Assembly (NCBI GenBank): GCA_026770705.1
Contig: JANJGN010000008.1
Location: forward strand, 87,110,001-87,174,000
Direction of reading: 5' to 3'
Source of the DNA: Isurus oxyrinchus
Taxonomy: Eukaryota
Length of the DNA stretch: 64,000 nt
Part shown: piece after piece, positions 51,362 to 64,000 of the stretch
Position numbering within the stretch: position 1 is the first letter of the stretch
How the letters are laid out: every line of letters starts with the position of its first letter
Notes under the pieces: model-generated
Database searches by the model: none
Seen by the model: the letters and a program-made list of their open reading frames with translations, nothing else
Told to the model about the DNA's origin: nothing
Position numbers and translations under genes: made by a program

Positions 51362-51923
51362 TAAGTATGTAAAACCTCTTGGAGCATCACCTCCAAGTCC
51401 TTGGAATTGGACTCCTGGCACTGACCTCCACACCTATCTGCTGCCACTGCCTTTACACTATGTATCTGGAGGGTCTTCTGGCTCCCTGCAGATACAGCAC
51501 ATCTCTGATACTACTTACTTCCTCTCCCAAGGCTTCCAGTGCAGCATCCAAAAACCTTGGAGCCCACTTTCTCCCATGATGTACCATTCTTCACTGTTTT
51601 CCAGGCCAAATTCACTTCCTGCATAACTGAAAGCACCTAAGCCACAATGCACCTTCCCTTTAAGAGGTGCCAACTATCTTTAAGTAGTAATCAGAAGTAA
51701 TTATTCTGAGCCCCCTGTTGATGTATGCCATCAGTGAATGGTCCGGTTAGTACAGCTGCACACAACAGTCATTCAAATCAGCAGGCAGCACAATAGCATA
51801 TTAAACAGGCAAGGGTTAATAACACATTACAATTTGTATGCCTGTTTTATGGGGGCTCCCTGATTTAACTCCTTTGACTTTTGACCACATATTTGTCCCA
51901 AAGTTTACATTTGCCAATCTTAG

Positions 51924-51986
51924 TGCTGCTCGGCGTCTATTCTTTGTTCACCATGCTGTAGAATACTATGAGATATCTTTCTATAG
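51924..51986 (+). CDS. Candidate internal exon (AARRLFFVHHAVEYYEISFY), 63 nt, phase 2-2
   Basis: Acceptor aatcttag| and donor TAG|GTAAGG. It is open only in the phase-2 frame, which matches the exon at 43044-43213. Confidence 0.3.
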
Positions 51987-53589
51987 GTAAGGAGCTACAG
52001 AATATAATGTTGATTTTAATTTAAGATTTTAGATTTAAAACCAGAATAGGAATACAACTTTTTGAACTTTAACAATAACTTTAGATAACTTTAAAGATAT
52101 CTTTATTAAAATGTTACCAAATATGTACGTAGAATCATTGCCTGTTATATTTTGTAGAAACTGTGTTTTTCAAAATTCAGGAAAGTTTGGAGTGCAAACA
52201 GCAAAACTTTGTTCCTTCTATATGGGTTCCAATATCTATGGGTGGATGCGGGGTGGATGCGGGGAGGCTACAAACGGCCAAAGAAACCTGCAAGTCTAGG
52301 ATGTGGAGACCCTACCAAATTTAATGAAAAGCCCTCAGTATCATATTAGTAGATATCTGTCAATGGGGATCCTTGGGAGCAGTCTCTGGCAATTAAGACG
52401 GGTGGGTTGGAGATTGTGGCTCAGTTCAGATGGATGATTCATGGCAGGAATGGGTGGGGCAGCCAGTTTGGTGGTTATGACTGAGAAAGGCCACAATTGT
52501 TCCTTGGGGGGGGTGGGGTGGTGGTGGGTGGAGGGGGCACGAGGGAGAAGAAAGGTTGGCAATCTGGAGGGAATTAGAGGGAGAGGGGTTGGGGAAGGCT
52601 GAATCCTTCCTTGTGAGGCCTAGGTGCACTCTTACTCCTCCGGTTCACAAGGAGTGCTGAGCCAGGCATTTAAGTTGTGCAGCTCATGCCTTCTTCTCAT
52701 GATCAAGGTTTTCAACTCCAACAATGAATTTTAAATCGAGCTCCATAAGGTGATGGATGCATGTGCAGCATGTTGGCGTTTCATACCTTACATTTAAGTC
52801 TTTAGCTCCCCATAGTACCCACTTATTATCAAAGCCATGGTGTTTATGCTGCATGATGAATCAGCAAGAAGGGGATATAAGAACAGAGGGAGAAGTTAGT
52901 AGAAATATTTTCATACATTCCATGTTCTAATAATATTTTGTATTACTGTATGGAGTCAGAGATTATAATCTTATTTGAAATTGAACTGATTAAGTATTTA
53001 AAACAGCAGGTTAAAAGAAATGGCGAAAGGACAGGAACATAGAATTAGAGTAGATGGATCCAATTCAGGAATTAGTGCTGGCACAGGTATGATTGCCCAG
53101 CCCTGAACTGTTAGCTCCTGCAGTATCTTGATCAAGTTTGAGTTTGTGAAGTAATGCGTTATTCAATAATATAAGGCATCACAGGTAAACTCAGTTTTGC
53201 TCTCTGGTAGCATTCACACATAACTTCAAAAGAGAATTGGATAATTATCTGAAGAGAAAAAAATTGCAAGGCTACGGGGCAATGGTTAGGAGTGAGGCTA
53301 TTTGTGTTGCTTTTACAGAGAGCTGGCATGGACATAACAGGCTGAATGACCTCCTTCTGTGACCATTTAATAATTCCATGATATGCACTTTCCATGAGAT
53401 GGCAATCAGGCATTTGAATCCTGGTTGATTCTTCTCCTTTCTCCCTCCTTTTCCAAATCAAGGGTTTGGGGCAATTAATCTTGATGCGGCTCTGGTCTGA
53501 ATAGCCTACTATTACCAATGAATAAGATGCTGACTTGGATTGCATAGATGCTGGTAGCAAAATTGACATTCTCTTTGTACACAGCTTCA

Positions 53590-54357
53590 TGAGACCGCTT
53601 TGCAGAACATCTTTGGTCTGTCCGCAAGCATTACCCAGACCTCCCTGTCGCTTGCCATTTCAACAGTCCACCCTGCTCTCATGACCACGTATCCGTCCTT
53701 GGTTTGCTGCATTGTTCCAGTGAAGCTCAACGAAAATGGGAGAAACAGCACCTCATCTTCCGACTAGGCACTTCACAGCCTTCCAGACTGAATATTGAGT
53801 TCAACAATTTTAGATCATGAACTCTCTCCTCCATCCCCACCCCCTTTCCAATTTTCCCCCTCCTTTTTGTTTTTTCCAATAATTTATATAGATTTTTCTT
53901 TTCCCACCTATTTCCATTATTTTTAAATGTATTTAATATTAAATATATCAAATGTATCCATTGTTTTATCTCTACCTTTTGGCCTTTTTTGATTCCTTCA
54001 CCCCACCCCACCCCCACCATGACTATCTGTACCTTGCTCGTCCTGCTTTCTACCCTTAATTAGCACATTCCTTTAGATAATATCACCACCTTCAACACTT
54101 CTTTGTCCTTTTGTCTGTGACATCTTTTGGTTATCTCCACCTATCACTGGCCCTCTATCCAGCTCTTCTTGTCCCCTCCTCCCCTTAAACAAGCCTATAT
54201 TTCACCCCTTTTCTATTTTTCCTTAGTTCTGTTGAAGAGTCATGTGGACTCGAAATGTTAACTGTGCTCCTCTCCACAGATGCTGCCAGACCTGCTGAGT
54301 TTTCCAGGTATTTTTGTTTTTGTTTTGGATTTCCAGCATCCGTAGTTTTTTGCTTTT
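53590..54357 (+). mobile_element. 5'-truncated Penelope-like element (end of GIY-YIG + tail with degenerate hammerhead ~54225-54263)
   Basis: Same sequence family as 4740-5467. Confidence 0.85.
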
Positions 54358-55904
54358 ACCTTCATGTGAATAATGTTGTTCTGCCTCTGCTGCAATGCAA
54401 TCTATGGACAGTAGATGTCCTTCCACTATAACCGTAAGATTTTTCATTGCACTTTGAGCAGCTGCACGGGAATAAGGATTCTTATTTCATACTATGCAAT
54501 ATAAAACTGACGGACATATTAATTTTGTTCATACCTTTAGTGAGCTTGTTGCTGTTACCCATGTATGTCTTCATACCATTGTGGCTCTAACCTGCTTTTG
54601 AATGGGTGCTGGCATGCAAAAAGCATTGATGAAAAAGTTTTAGTGAAGCCTTTTCCTTGCGAAAGGGGAGTTGTATATCAAAATATGAGGTCCATGTACA
54701 TTAACCACTAGAAGTTAATACATAGGTACAAATCATCAATAAGTGGTAGAATTTTACTTTTTATTTCAAGGGAGAAGGAATTCAAAGTGGGGAGAGAAAA
54801 ACCCTGGTCAGACCTCACCTGAGGTACTATGTTCAGATTTCGGCAGTGCACCAGAGGAAAGTTTATTGAGCAGGGTGGGGATAATTTGAGCTTAAAGGGT
54901 TAAATTTTGAAGACATGTTGCATAAAAGTTTGTGTTCCCTTGAGTTTAGAAGGTTGAGAAGTGATTTAATTTCTTCACTCAGGAGGGCAGTGAATCTTTG
55001 AAATGGATTTGTGGGTGCTCAGTTGATGAATATCTTCAAAACTGAGAGCAATAGATATATGGGCTCCAAGGAATCATGGTATATAGGGCTAGGGCAGGAA
55101 ATTGGAGTTTATGTAAAAGTTCAGCCAATGTCTTATTGAATGGCAGAAAAGGTGTGAGGGCCTATCCCTGCTCCTAGTTCTTATGTTATATGTTCATGCA
55201 TTTCAGTTGAAGTGTTTAAAATGATAATGGTTTCTGTCTCTCTCTGCAACATCCCCCTGCCTCCTGGCCTGATTTCTCTGGTTGGGGAATCCAGAAAAAG
55301 GGTGCAAACCTCAAAATTAGTGCCAGGCCATTTGGTAGTGAAATTAAAAGGCATTTTTTTCACACAAAGTGGAAATTTGAAAATCCATTCCCACCCCAAG
55401 ACCGGGACTTTTCCGAGACAGTATTGGTCCTCCCGCCAGGGACACAAGTGGAGGATGAGCTACTTTGGTGAGCCGCAGGATCTGGAACTTCAATTTACGG
55501 CAGCAACCAATTAGGTGGCTCCTGCCAAGTCTGCCTTCCTATTAAGGACAGCAACCTTAAGCCCCCAAGAGCTGCTGGTCCAATCAAAGGGCCAACAGTT
55601 CAGCAGCACCACTGGGGAGCATGGCAATTGCTGGGGCTGCACCTTAAGGAAGCTGTAGTAATCTGATGTGTAATATGCCTTTAAGACAAATGTTGTAATG
55701 TAAGATCACATGATCTTGATATCCAATCACAGAGTAGTGCAGGCTACCTCTAGAGAAGTCTTAAGTTAGAATCTGAAGTGTGAAGATAGAGATTTGAGTT
55801 GTAAGCACACAAGTGTAGCTGCTGAGTTCCTTTTGTATATAAACAGAATGTGTTTCTTCTAAGAACAGTCTACAGATCTTCTCTGTATCGGTACCAACAC
55901 GGTC

Positions 55905-56440
55905 ACGCTGCCATACCTGGAATACTGTGAATAATTTTGGTCCCATTATTTAAGGAAAGATATACTGACATTGGAGGCAGTCCAGAAAAGGTTCACTAGG
56001 TTGATCCCGGGTATGGAGGAATTTTCTTATGAGAAGAAGTTGAGAAGGTTGGGCCTGTACTCATTTGAGTTTAGAAGAATGAGAGGCGACCTTATTGAAA
56101 CATAAAAGATTCTTAGCGGGCTTCACAGGGTAGATGCTGAGATGTTGTTTCCCCTTGTGGGAGAGTCTAGGACCAGAGGGCATAATCTCAGAGTAAGGGG
56201 GCACCTATTTTAGATAAATATGAGGAGGAATTTCTTCTCTGAAGATGAATCTGTGGAATTTTTTACTGCAGAGGGCTGTAGATTCAAGGCTGAGATAGAC
56301 AGATTTTCAATCAGTAAGGGAATCAAAGGTAATGGGAAAAAGGCAAGAAAGTGGAGTTGAGGATTATCAGATAGCCATGATCTCATTGAATGGCGGAGCA
56401 GACTTAGACCGAATGGCCTTCTTCTCTCCTATGTCTTATG
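55905..56440 (+). mobile_element. CR1 LINE 3' fragment
   Basis: LEAVQKRFTRLIPGM…EFRRMRGDLIET-type coding and a CR1 3' UTR ending cctatgtcttatg. Confidence 0.8.
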
Positions 56441-57189
56441 GAAACAAGTGTGCAACCGGGATCCTTTGGCCCCAACAAACCAAGGGCACTGGATCCAACA
56501 GAAGTGGGCGTATAGATGGATGATGCCCTCACAACTAAGTAGAAGGGGTAAAGCAGGCCCCAACAAGGAGTCGGGTGGTGGTTGCTGTGGGTAGATGGCA
56601 CCAATGCTGCGGGAGCCCCTTAATGGGTCAAACAGCACCCAGAAAGGGGACTATCCACCCCTACTTTGAGTCCTACTGGGAGGCTGCTAGGCTTTACGTT
56701 GCAGCCTTGCTCTGCAGCAGCGGGTTGCCCTGTCCTGGTAAAATGGCAGCGAGGGAAGGAGGAGGCCCTCAACAATTTGCCATAATTAAGTGGCTTAATT
56801 GATCTCCAGTCAGGCAGGCCATCTGTGACCTTTCCCCCCAGCTGGAAAATTTGCAAGGTGGAGGGAAGGCATTGGGCACTCCACCCAATACCTTCCCTCC
56901 ACCATTTTGCCAGTTTTCCTGTCTCAAACCCTATCCTCAAAGGGCCTGGAAAATCCTGACCCAAAATAGGCTGTGGATTCTAAACAAAGCTTTCAAGACT
57001 GAGATTTTTAAAGGCGTATAGGGAAATGGGTCAAAGACAAGGAAATGGAACTGAGTTACGCATTAGCTATAATTTAATTGAACAGCAAACAGGCTCATGT
57101 GGCTGAATGCCCTACTTCTGTTACCAAATAGTTTAGTGTTTAAATTAATTTTGACTGATAAATGTTTCTTTATATCTACTCCTAAACAG

Positions 57190-57220
57190 TGATCTTTTAG
57201 ATGAGAAGCCAGATGCATGA
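57190..57220 (+). CDS. Candidate terminal exon (SDLLDEKPDA*)
   Basis: Branch-like ctgat, pyrimidine tract and aaacag| acceptor. The phase-2 reading ends at TGA 57218-57220 and is followed by several hundred bp of AT-rich UTR-like sequence. Confidence 0.22.
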
Positions 57221-58107
57221 CAGGTCAACAATGTAAGCAGCAACGTAAACAATCCCCGAGGAATGTGCTGCTTCAGAATAAACAGCTATTGGAAAATAAC
57301 AGCCATTTCTTTTAAAGAAGAAATGTAAGTACAATGGAAATTGGGAAAACCTAAGCCTTAGAAAGATATGATGTATTGTCAATCAAAATTACTATTATCC
57401 AGAAGTTCTTTTAGAAAATTAATTGTTACAGAAAAGAATTGTAACAAATCAGAAATGATATGGTGCATTGCTCTAGTGCTGAGAAATGAGTTGAGCCTGT
57501 TTGAAAATATGTTACAGCTGCACAAGCCTGAATTCTGCCTGTCTTGCTTGTTCCTTATTGAAGAGGACAGTATCTGCATCAGAGGGTTTGGGAAACACTC
57601 TCTGCATTTTTAAGATGATATGTTGAAGAGCATCAACATGCCATTTGAATGTGACACCTATGCATTGAACATTATAGTCCATCCCCCTCTTCAAGCAAAA
57701 TATTTGCCAAGCTTGTAAACGTGAGTGTTTAATAGGCAAATATTGTATGAGCCTGTAGTTATTATATCACATTTAGTTCATGATGAGGTGCAAACCATGG
57801 TGTTGTAACAAAGGTATATTGTGTATATTCAATAATTCTATTATCTTCTTTCTGAGTAGGTTATGTTATAGTCAATGCACTTTTTGCTTATCAATGTAAC
57901 AATGTTCAGTAAGGCTCTATAAGTCAGCAACTTTAGATGACACCTGTGAATCGCTGATGCCTTTGATGCTGTTGGTCTTGCCTCTATATTTTATCTTCTT
58001 CTGATTACTACTTTCTCTTCTGTAACTATTTTTGAGTCAAGATCTTGGTTTTGCTTAACTGATCATTCAGTGAAACCTTAAAGGTATTTCGCAAATTCAT
58101 CCTGACT

Positions 58108-58468
58108 ATTTTCATTATTTCATGGGAGGTGGGCATCGCTGGCAAGGCCAGTATTTGTTGCCTATTCCTAATTGTCTTTGAACTGAGTGGCTTTCCACAC
58201 TATTTCAGAGGATAATTAAGAGTCAACCACATTGTTGTGGGTCTGGAGTCACATGTAAGTCAGAAGAGGTAAGGTGAACTAGGTGGGTTTTTACAACATT
58301 TACATTGGTTGAATGGTCATCAATACTGAGACTAGCTTTTTGCAATTCCAGATTATTAATTGGATTTAAATTTCACCAGCTGCCATGGTGGGATTTCAGC
58401 CCTTGACTCTAAAGTATTAGCCTGGGCCTCTGGATTACTAGTCCAGTGACATTACTACTGCACCACTG
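58108..58468 (-). mobile_element. Second copy of the tRNA-headed SINE (same family as 44945-45333)
   Basis: Reverse complement has head gtggtgcagtagtaatgtcactggactagtaatccagaggccc and the same LINE-type tail. Confidence 0.7.
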
Positions 58469-60679
58469 TCTCACTGTGTTGTGCTTCAGTGGAGCTTTGG
58501 ACTAAATTGTACGTGGAAGGCTCTCTGGAGGTTCATTGCTACAGGACAGCACCGAGAGAATTTTTGCCATTAAAGTCGTGACAAAACCAGAAAGTCTCAG
58601 CCTTTCCTAATCCTTCAACTGCAGTATTGTTGCAACCTGAAAATGTTAAACCTTTCTTGCCTCAATATTTATTTAATGCACCAGAAAGACTGTTTTTGTG
58701 TTCCTTTCACCCGAGGAACAGCTTTCTGTGAAGCAGCACATATGATCATCCATTTGGGTGAGCTACCTTGTGTCTCTAGTACTGCCTTAAAGGAAGGGAG
58801 CAAAGTAATAAGTGTACACCTCCCCCTTTTTAGACTAGATGTCAGACTGGATTTTTGTGCCCTGCTGTAATGGAATGGAGGCGGATAGCATCGTCTACTG
58901 GTATTCCAGCTCCCCAGCTTCATCCCACCTTTGGGCCACTTCCCCACCGGAAGGATGGCGGTGGGGGTGGGGGCGGGTGGTGGTGGGGGCGTGTGAGTCA
59001 TGTTGCACAGCAGGACAACCCAGCTGCAAGCAGTGAGTAACCAACTGACTCACATAAAGGCATCATAAAGCTGGTTGTCAGAGGCCAACTGGGATTTTCC
59101 AGTCAGCCTCCAGGTCCCTGCAGGTGGTAGGGGTCAATGCAGCTGCATGGATATGACCTCCCAGTCGCAGACTAGAGATCTTGCCTACCTGCCTGGGCTC
59201 AGCAGCAGCCTCAGGCTGCCCTGTGGAGAGGCCACCACCCCCGCACCTCTTACCACAGCCATCCCCCCACACCACAATGGTTTTAAGGAATATCTTAAAG
59301 AGGCAAAAAGGGTTAAGGAGGGAATTCCAGAGCTTTAGGGCCTAGGCAGCTGAAGACATGGACACCAATGGTGGAGCAATTTATATCAGGGATGCACAAG
59401 GGACCAAAGAAGTGCAAATATCTTGGAGTGTTGCAGAGCTGGAGGAGGTACCAGAGAAAAGGAGGGACAAGACTATGGAGGGACGTGAAAACAAGGATGC
59501 AAGTTTTATTTTAGATTATGTACTGTAATTCTGTTAAAATTGGAGAACTTTTCTGATCCTTTATTTACCATTGGTTAGGGTTGTTTACTGAAATCTCATC
59601 CAGAAAACCATTTTCAAACCATTCCCTTTAATATATAGCTAACAATGCCCAGAGGAGAGGAAAATGTTGCACAAGCAATTGACTGTGGCTTGGGCAGAGG
59701 CAGCAGATAAAATGTTACTTTTGTACCTCATTTATCTCCCCTCCTCTAAAAGGCTTTGGCTCATTTTTTTTCGAGTTTGGCTCTTCAATTGTAAACCTAA
59801 AAACGAGCGTCAGCTAAAACCCTGGTCAAAATATACACAAAACGCATGTTAAAAATTGGGTTTGCTGTCAATACTTTCTCTGGTTTAGTGGGCAACTTAC
59901 TCTCATAGATGATCGGAGAGTCTGAATTTACATGAGTTGGCTTGCACAGCCCTATATCTACTTATGCAATTGAGCAACTCAGGAGTCTACCAATATCCCT
60001 TTGTGTTCTGAACAATTTATTTCTAAGTCCTGCTGCATTGTGTCCTCTCGCGGCCTTTTTTTGGGCTTCTCTATTTCACTTGTTTTATTTCATAAATGTG
60101 GCTGCTAATGTTTCTCTGTGTTTTTATCCCTTGTTGTCAAAGCTTTTCATTTTGCACTCATCATGACAGATGCAAGAATGCCAAATTTCGAAAGGTGCAA
60201 AATTTATACAGAATGAGAAAAGGGTGGTGATTGGTTGGCAAGTTGACTCTGTATAATAATCTTAAATTGGTATTTAGTACAATTCTTAGCATACTCGGGA
60301 TTGTTCAATGAGTGCAGAATCACATCTAACATTAGACACTGTGTTCTGAGTTTTGTAAGCAGGGACTGGTTAAGTACGGTCAGTACTTTGCCTAATATGA
60401 ACAGCCAAAGGGACGTGCTGTTTAATACAATCCGCCAGTCATTGGGACTTATATCCTACATACCTGGCATTGCACTGGCACTGAAACTTATATACCGCAT
60501 TACTCATTTGCACAATAGGCAGAACGTCTTTTCGGTTTGACGTTAGTGGAAAATACCACTCATATTGCTAGCAGCGTGAAATGGCTAGCTTCACCTGTTG
60601 TTCAAATTTTTGAGATACCTTACCATTGCAAGGTAATTTGAGATGGACATGAAAATGCCCACTTGAAAAGTGGGGGCAT

Positions 60680-60810
60680 TGAAGAAGAGTCATACGGACT
60701 CGAAATGTTAACTCTGTCTTTCTCTCCACAGTTGCTGTTAGACCTGGTGAGTTTTTCCATCATTTTCTGTTTTTGTTTCACATTTCCAGCATCTGCAGTA
60801 TTTTGCTTTT
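60680..60810 (+). mobile_element. Short Penelope tail starting at the hammerhead core
   Basis: tgaagaagagtcatacggactcgaaatgttaact…catctgcagtattttgctttt. Confidence 0.72.
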
Positions 60811-62989
60811 TTCTAAAAGTGGCAACCTTGGACCTATTCGTGAGTATGTGTGATGCACAATGAGCAATGATCTGATTGGGGTAGCCATTATCCTGCAGGA
60901 TAGCTTTGATGCACTCTATTTCATTGTCAAGCTTGCACAGTAAGCAAATGACTCTGGCCCTATTTACAGGATTGCCAATAAGGCCAATATTTTAGTACAT
61001 GGAGGTTCAGGAATCCCAACCCGTATATTGATAAGTGAAGGTAGGCTTGCTGTAGACAGTAGTAGAGAACTATTTAGCAGATTTCTCAACCAGCACTTCG
61101 AGGAAAAGGAGCTCATTTGACTGCTCCATTTCAAAGGTGAATTTGAGTGCAGCATGGATCTCATTAAGGCGTGTAAGGAATTCTTGGATGAAGCTGAAGA
61201 TGTAAGTTAAGAGTTAAGATAAGCACACTGGAGCTGGTGAGAATTGGAAAGGATGGCTTTGAGCTCATGAAATTTTTGATTTCTCCAAGAACTGTTGTCG
61301 AAAAGGGAATTGGAGGAGAATTAAACAATAAATATGGAATCAAAAGATAAAACTGGATGTCATCAATGTACATATGGGCTTGACCCTGTGATTCTGAATA
61401 TTGTCACCAAAGACAAGCATATAGACAGAAAAGGAAGGGACCAAGGAAAGAGTTTTGGGGTGTGCCAGGAAAAGAGGAATGAGCAGTGATCCACACCCCA
61501 TCATTCCCTTCTAAACTGAGATTCTGAGGCATAGAGACACAGGCCAGAATCTTCTACCCCGCAGGAGGTGAAGTAGGAGGCGGATGGACCTGAAAATTTT
61601 GTGAGTTGGCATTGAGACTGATACCCAATGTCTTCCAGCCTCAACCGGAAATAAGTTCTTCACAGGAAGGCTCATGGTCGACCTTCCCACCCCACCTCCA
61701 CTTGAGTCCCTTAAGTGGCCATTCAATGACCAATTAAGAGCCTTTTTCCTGCAATCTTCCCAGCTCTAGGCGAGCCTGCTAACATATGGCCTGTACAACA
61801 GGTAAAATTGTGGGCTGCATGTCAGTTGAGGGGAATCCTTTGATCTACACTAATCTGCGTATATACATGGGGCCGAGGGGTAGCAGTTGACTGCCAACCC
61901 CATGGCCTCCCTCTTCCCATGAGCCCCTCCCATTGACAGCCCGCCACCCTCTTTCTCTCCCTGCCCCCACCCCCACCCACCAAATCCCCTACAGTGCTTA
62001 GCTTTTTCCTGGGTCGCTGCACAACCCTGGGACTCTGAGGATGTTGTTCCTTCCGCAGTTAAGGCCTCTTCCATTGTGCTGCCGCGTGTAAGAGTTGCAT
62101 GTTGGCCTCCAATTTGCGGGCAAGATGTTGTGTTCTGGCATCCTCAGTTGGGAGGAAGGCCTGGCGCTGTCCACTTAACTGCCTGATGGGCAGAAGATAT
62201 GACGGCCTTTCCTCTTCAGAATCAGCGTGGGTGTCTTGCAGTTTTTTCAGGCAGCAGGTGAGACACCCGCCAAGAATGGAAGTTTCCATGCATGGTTCTC
62301 AAGAAAATATCCTGACTGGCAACAGGTAAACTCTTTTATTAAACAAATTGAACTATAAGTAATTACAATTTACAGCAAAGAATTGTATAATTGTGGAAAA
62401 TGATTATTCAGTTGCATCCTGCCAACTGACCCTCATCTGTATAACAAAGCATAATGTGTATTATTTAAAACTTGATTCATGTTGTTAAAAATAATTTAGT
62501 GCCTTAATGTCTGGGGACATTTGTTTTTATAATGGCACCAAAAATAGCATTCAATACTTCTCCAAACTGTGGGCTGCAGAGGAAGCTGCCCTTTCCAAGG
62601 CTGGAGAAGACTGTGGGTTAGGATAAGGAAATCCACATTTATCTGCAAAATTTCCCAGCTCACTTCATTCTGTTTGCAGAAGTCTTCATCCGGTATCCAT
62701 GATAAGACCACCTAGATGATTGCAAGAGCTGCTTAAAAGTACCAATTGTTCATGAAAAAGTTTCTGTCTTTCATAGGAAGGGGACAATGTGTTCCAGACT
62801 CACAAGGATTATTTTGCACTCTGACAGTGTAACTAAACTGGCCTGAATCTTATGCTCGTCGGGTACGTGCGATCGGTGGGCCCGGAAGCGGATGCGAAAT
62901 GCACTTCCACCCGCAATCGACCCCTGGACGCAATTTCATGCTGGCTGGCCAATTAATGGCCAGTATGAGTAAGGACCCCTGTCACAATG

Positions 62990-63535
62990 ATATCGGGCTT
63001 TGGTAAGACCATAACCTGGATTATTGTGTGTAGTTTTTGTCTCCTTACCCCTTGAAGGGGAAGCAAAGGAAATTCACCAGATTGATTCCTGGGATGAGAG
63101 GGCTATCCTATGAACAGAGATTGAGCAGAATGGGTTTAAATTCTCTGGAATTCAGAAGAATGAGAGGTGATCTCATTGAAATGTTTGCAATTCTTAAATG
63201 GCTTGATGGGGTAGGTGTTGAGAGACTGTTTCCTCTGGCTGGGGAATCTTGAACTCTCAGTCATAGCCTCAGGGTAAGGTGTCAGCAATTTTGGACTGGG
63301 ATGAGGAGAAATTTCATCATTCAGGGGACTGTGAATCTTTGGAATTCACTATTCTACTAGGCTGCTCAGTCAATGAATATACTGAAAACTGTGATCAACA
63401 GATTTTTGAGCATTAAGGGAACCAAGAGATTTGGGAATAGGATGGGAAAGTAAGTTTGGTGTAGAAGTTCAGCCATGATCGAACTGAATGGCAGAACAGC
63501 CTTGATTGGCCATATACGAAACTCCTGTTTCTTAT
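62990..63535 (+). mobile_element. CR1 LINE 3' fragment
   Basis: ORF 63037-63252: QRKFTRLIPGMRGLSYEQRLSRMGLNSLEFRRMRGDLIE. Confidence 0.8.
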
Positions 63536-64000
63536 GCCATGGCCTTATGAACTGATGATTAACATGAGGTGACGTGTTAAATCTAGGCCAGAGATTTCCT
63601 AACTTCACTTTTTACACATCCTCTTCCAGAGCAACCAGCTGACCATGTAGCTCTACCAGCACACAGGTTTAATATTTTATTCCCTTTAATGCCCAAACAT
63701 GATACAAAATGTACAAATGATAATAGGCATATATAACTTAAACAATAGCTCAATAGTACTGCTCTCATTAATGTGATGGATGAGATTATTAGTTTGATCA
63801 TAGACACGCAATGTTTAGTGTGATAGTTTGAGTAGTATGTTATAGTTAGAATGTGATGTATACAACCAAATAAAAACCCAACTTAGTTCTGAGCTCAGTT
63901 CGATTAGACAATTACTAGCCAACTGAAACCCCACTGTTGTGTATGGTGTCTATTTCATTGTATCTAGGTATCTATAATCCCTTTGTTATATCATGAAGTA

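Noticed and set aside
43037-51971. Alternative frame giving a signal-peptide-like stretch plus Cys-rich SSFSVFFCL|CCSASILCSPCCRIL*, superficially hepcidin-like
   Set aside because: There is no ATG in this frame (stop at 42998-43000), no furin prodomain and only 6 Cys in the putative mature part. An intron would also split the mature peptide, unlike hepcidin.

Overview
Eukaryotic, repeat-rich vertebrate genomic DNA, most likely a cartilaginous fish (shark). This is inferred from DeuSINE/SacSINE1-like SINEs, CR1 LINEs, abundant Penelope-like elements and a cluster-type Ig light-chain V-J pair. Almost all ORF-track entries are transposon debris or noise; the real genes are spliced and absent from the track. 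(1) An intact SYCE3 (synaptonemal complex central element protein 3) gene has coding exons 117-219 and 12397-12566 (90 aa). (2) A strongly diverged tandem SYCE3-like paralogue with the same intron position and phase has exons 20875-20983 and 27570-27691. (3) An unrearranged, pseudogenised Ig light-chain sigma-type V(12-RSS)-(23-RSS)J cassette lies on the minus strand (31284-32015); I found no leader or C exon. (4) A tentative three-exon small membrane-protein gene lies at 43044-57220. The Penelope-like elements carry a minimal type I hammerhead ribozyme in their 3' tails (about 10 copies). They repeatedly inserted as TSD-flanked inverted palindromes, down to a 250-bp element that is little more than two back-to-back hammerheads. 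Also present are two-gene PIF/Harbinger transposons and their MITEs, an internally deleted Gypsy-type LTR element and a degenerate intron-retaining tRNA-Ile(UAU) pseudogene. Family assignments come from motif recognition and recalled reference sequences, not from database searches.
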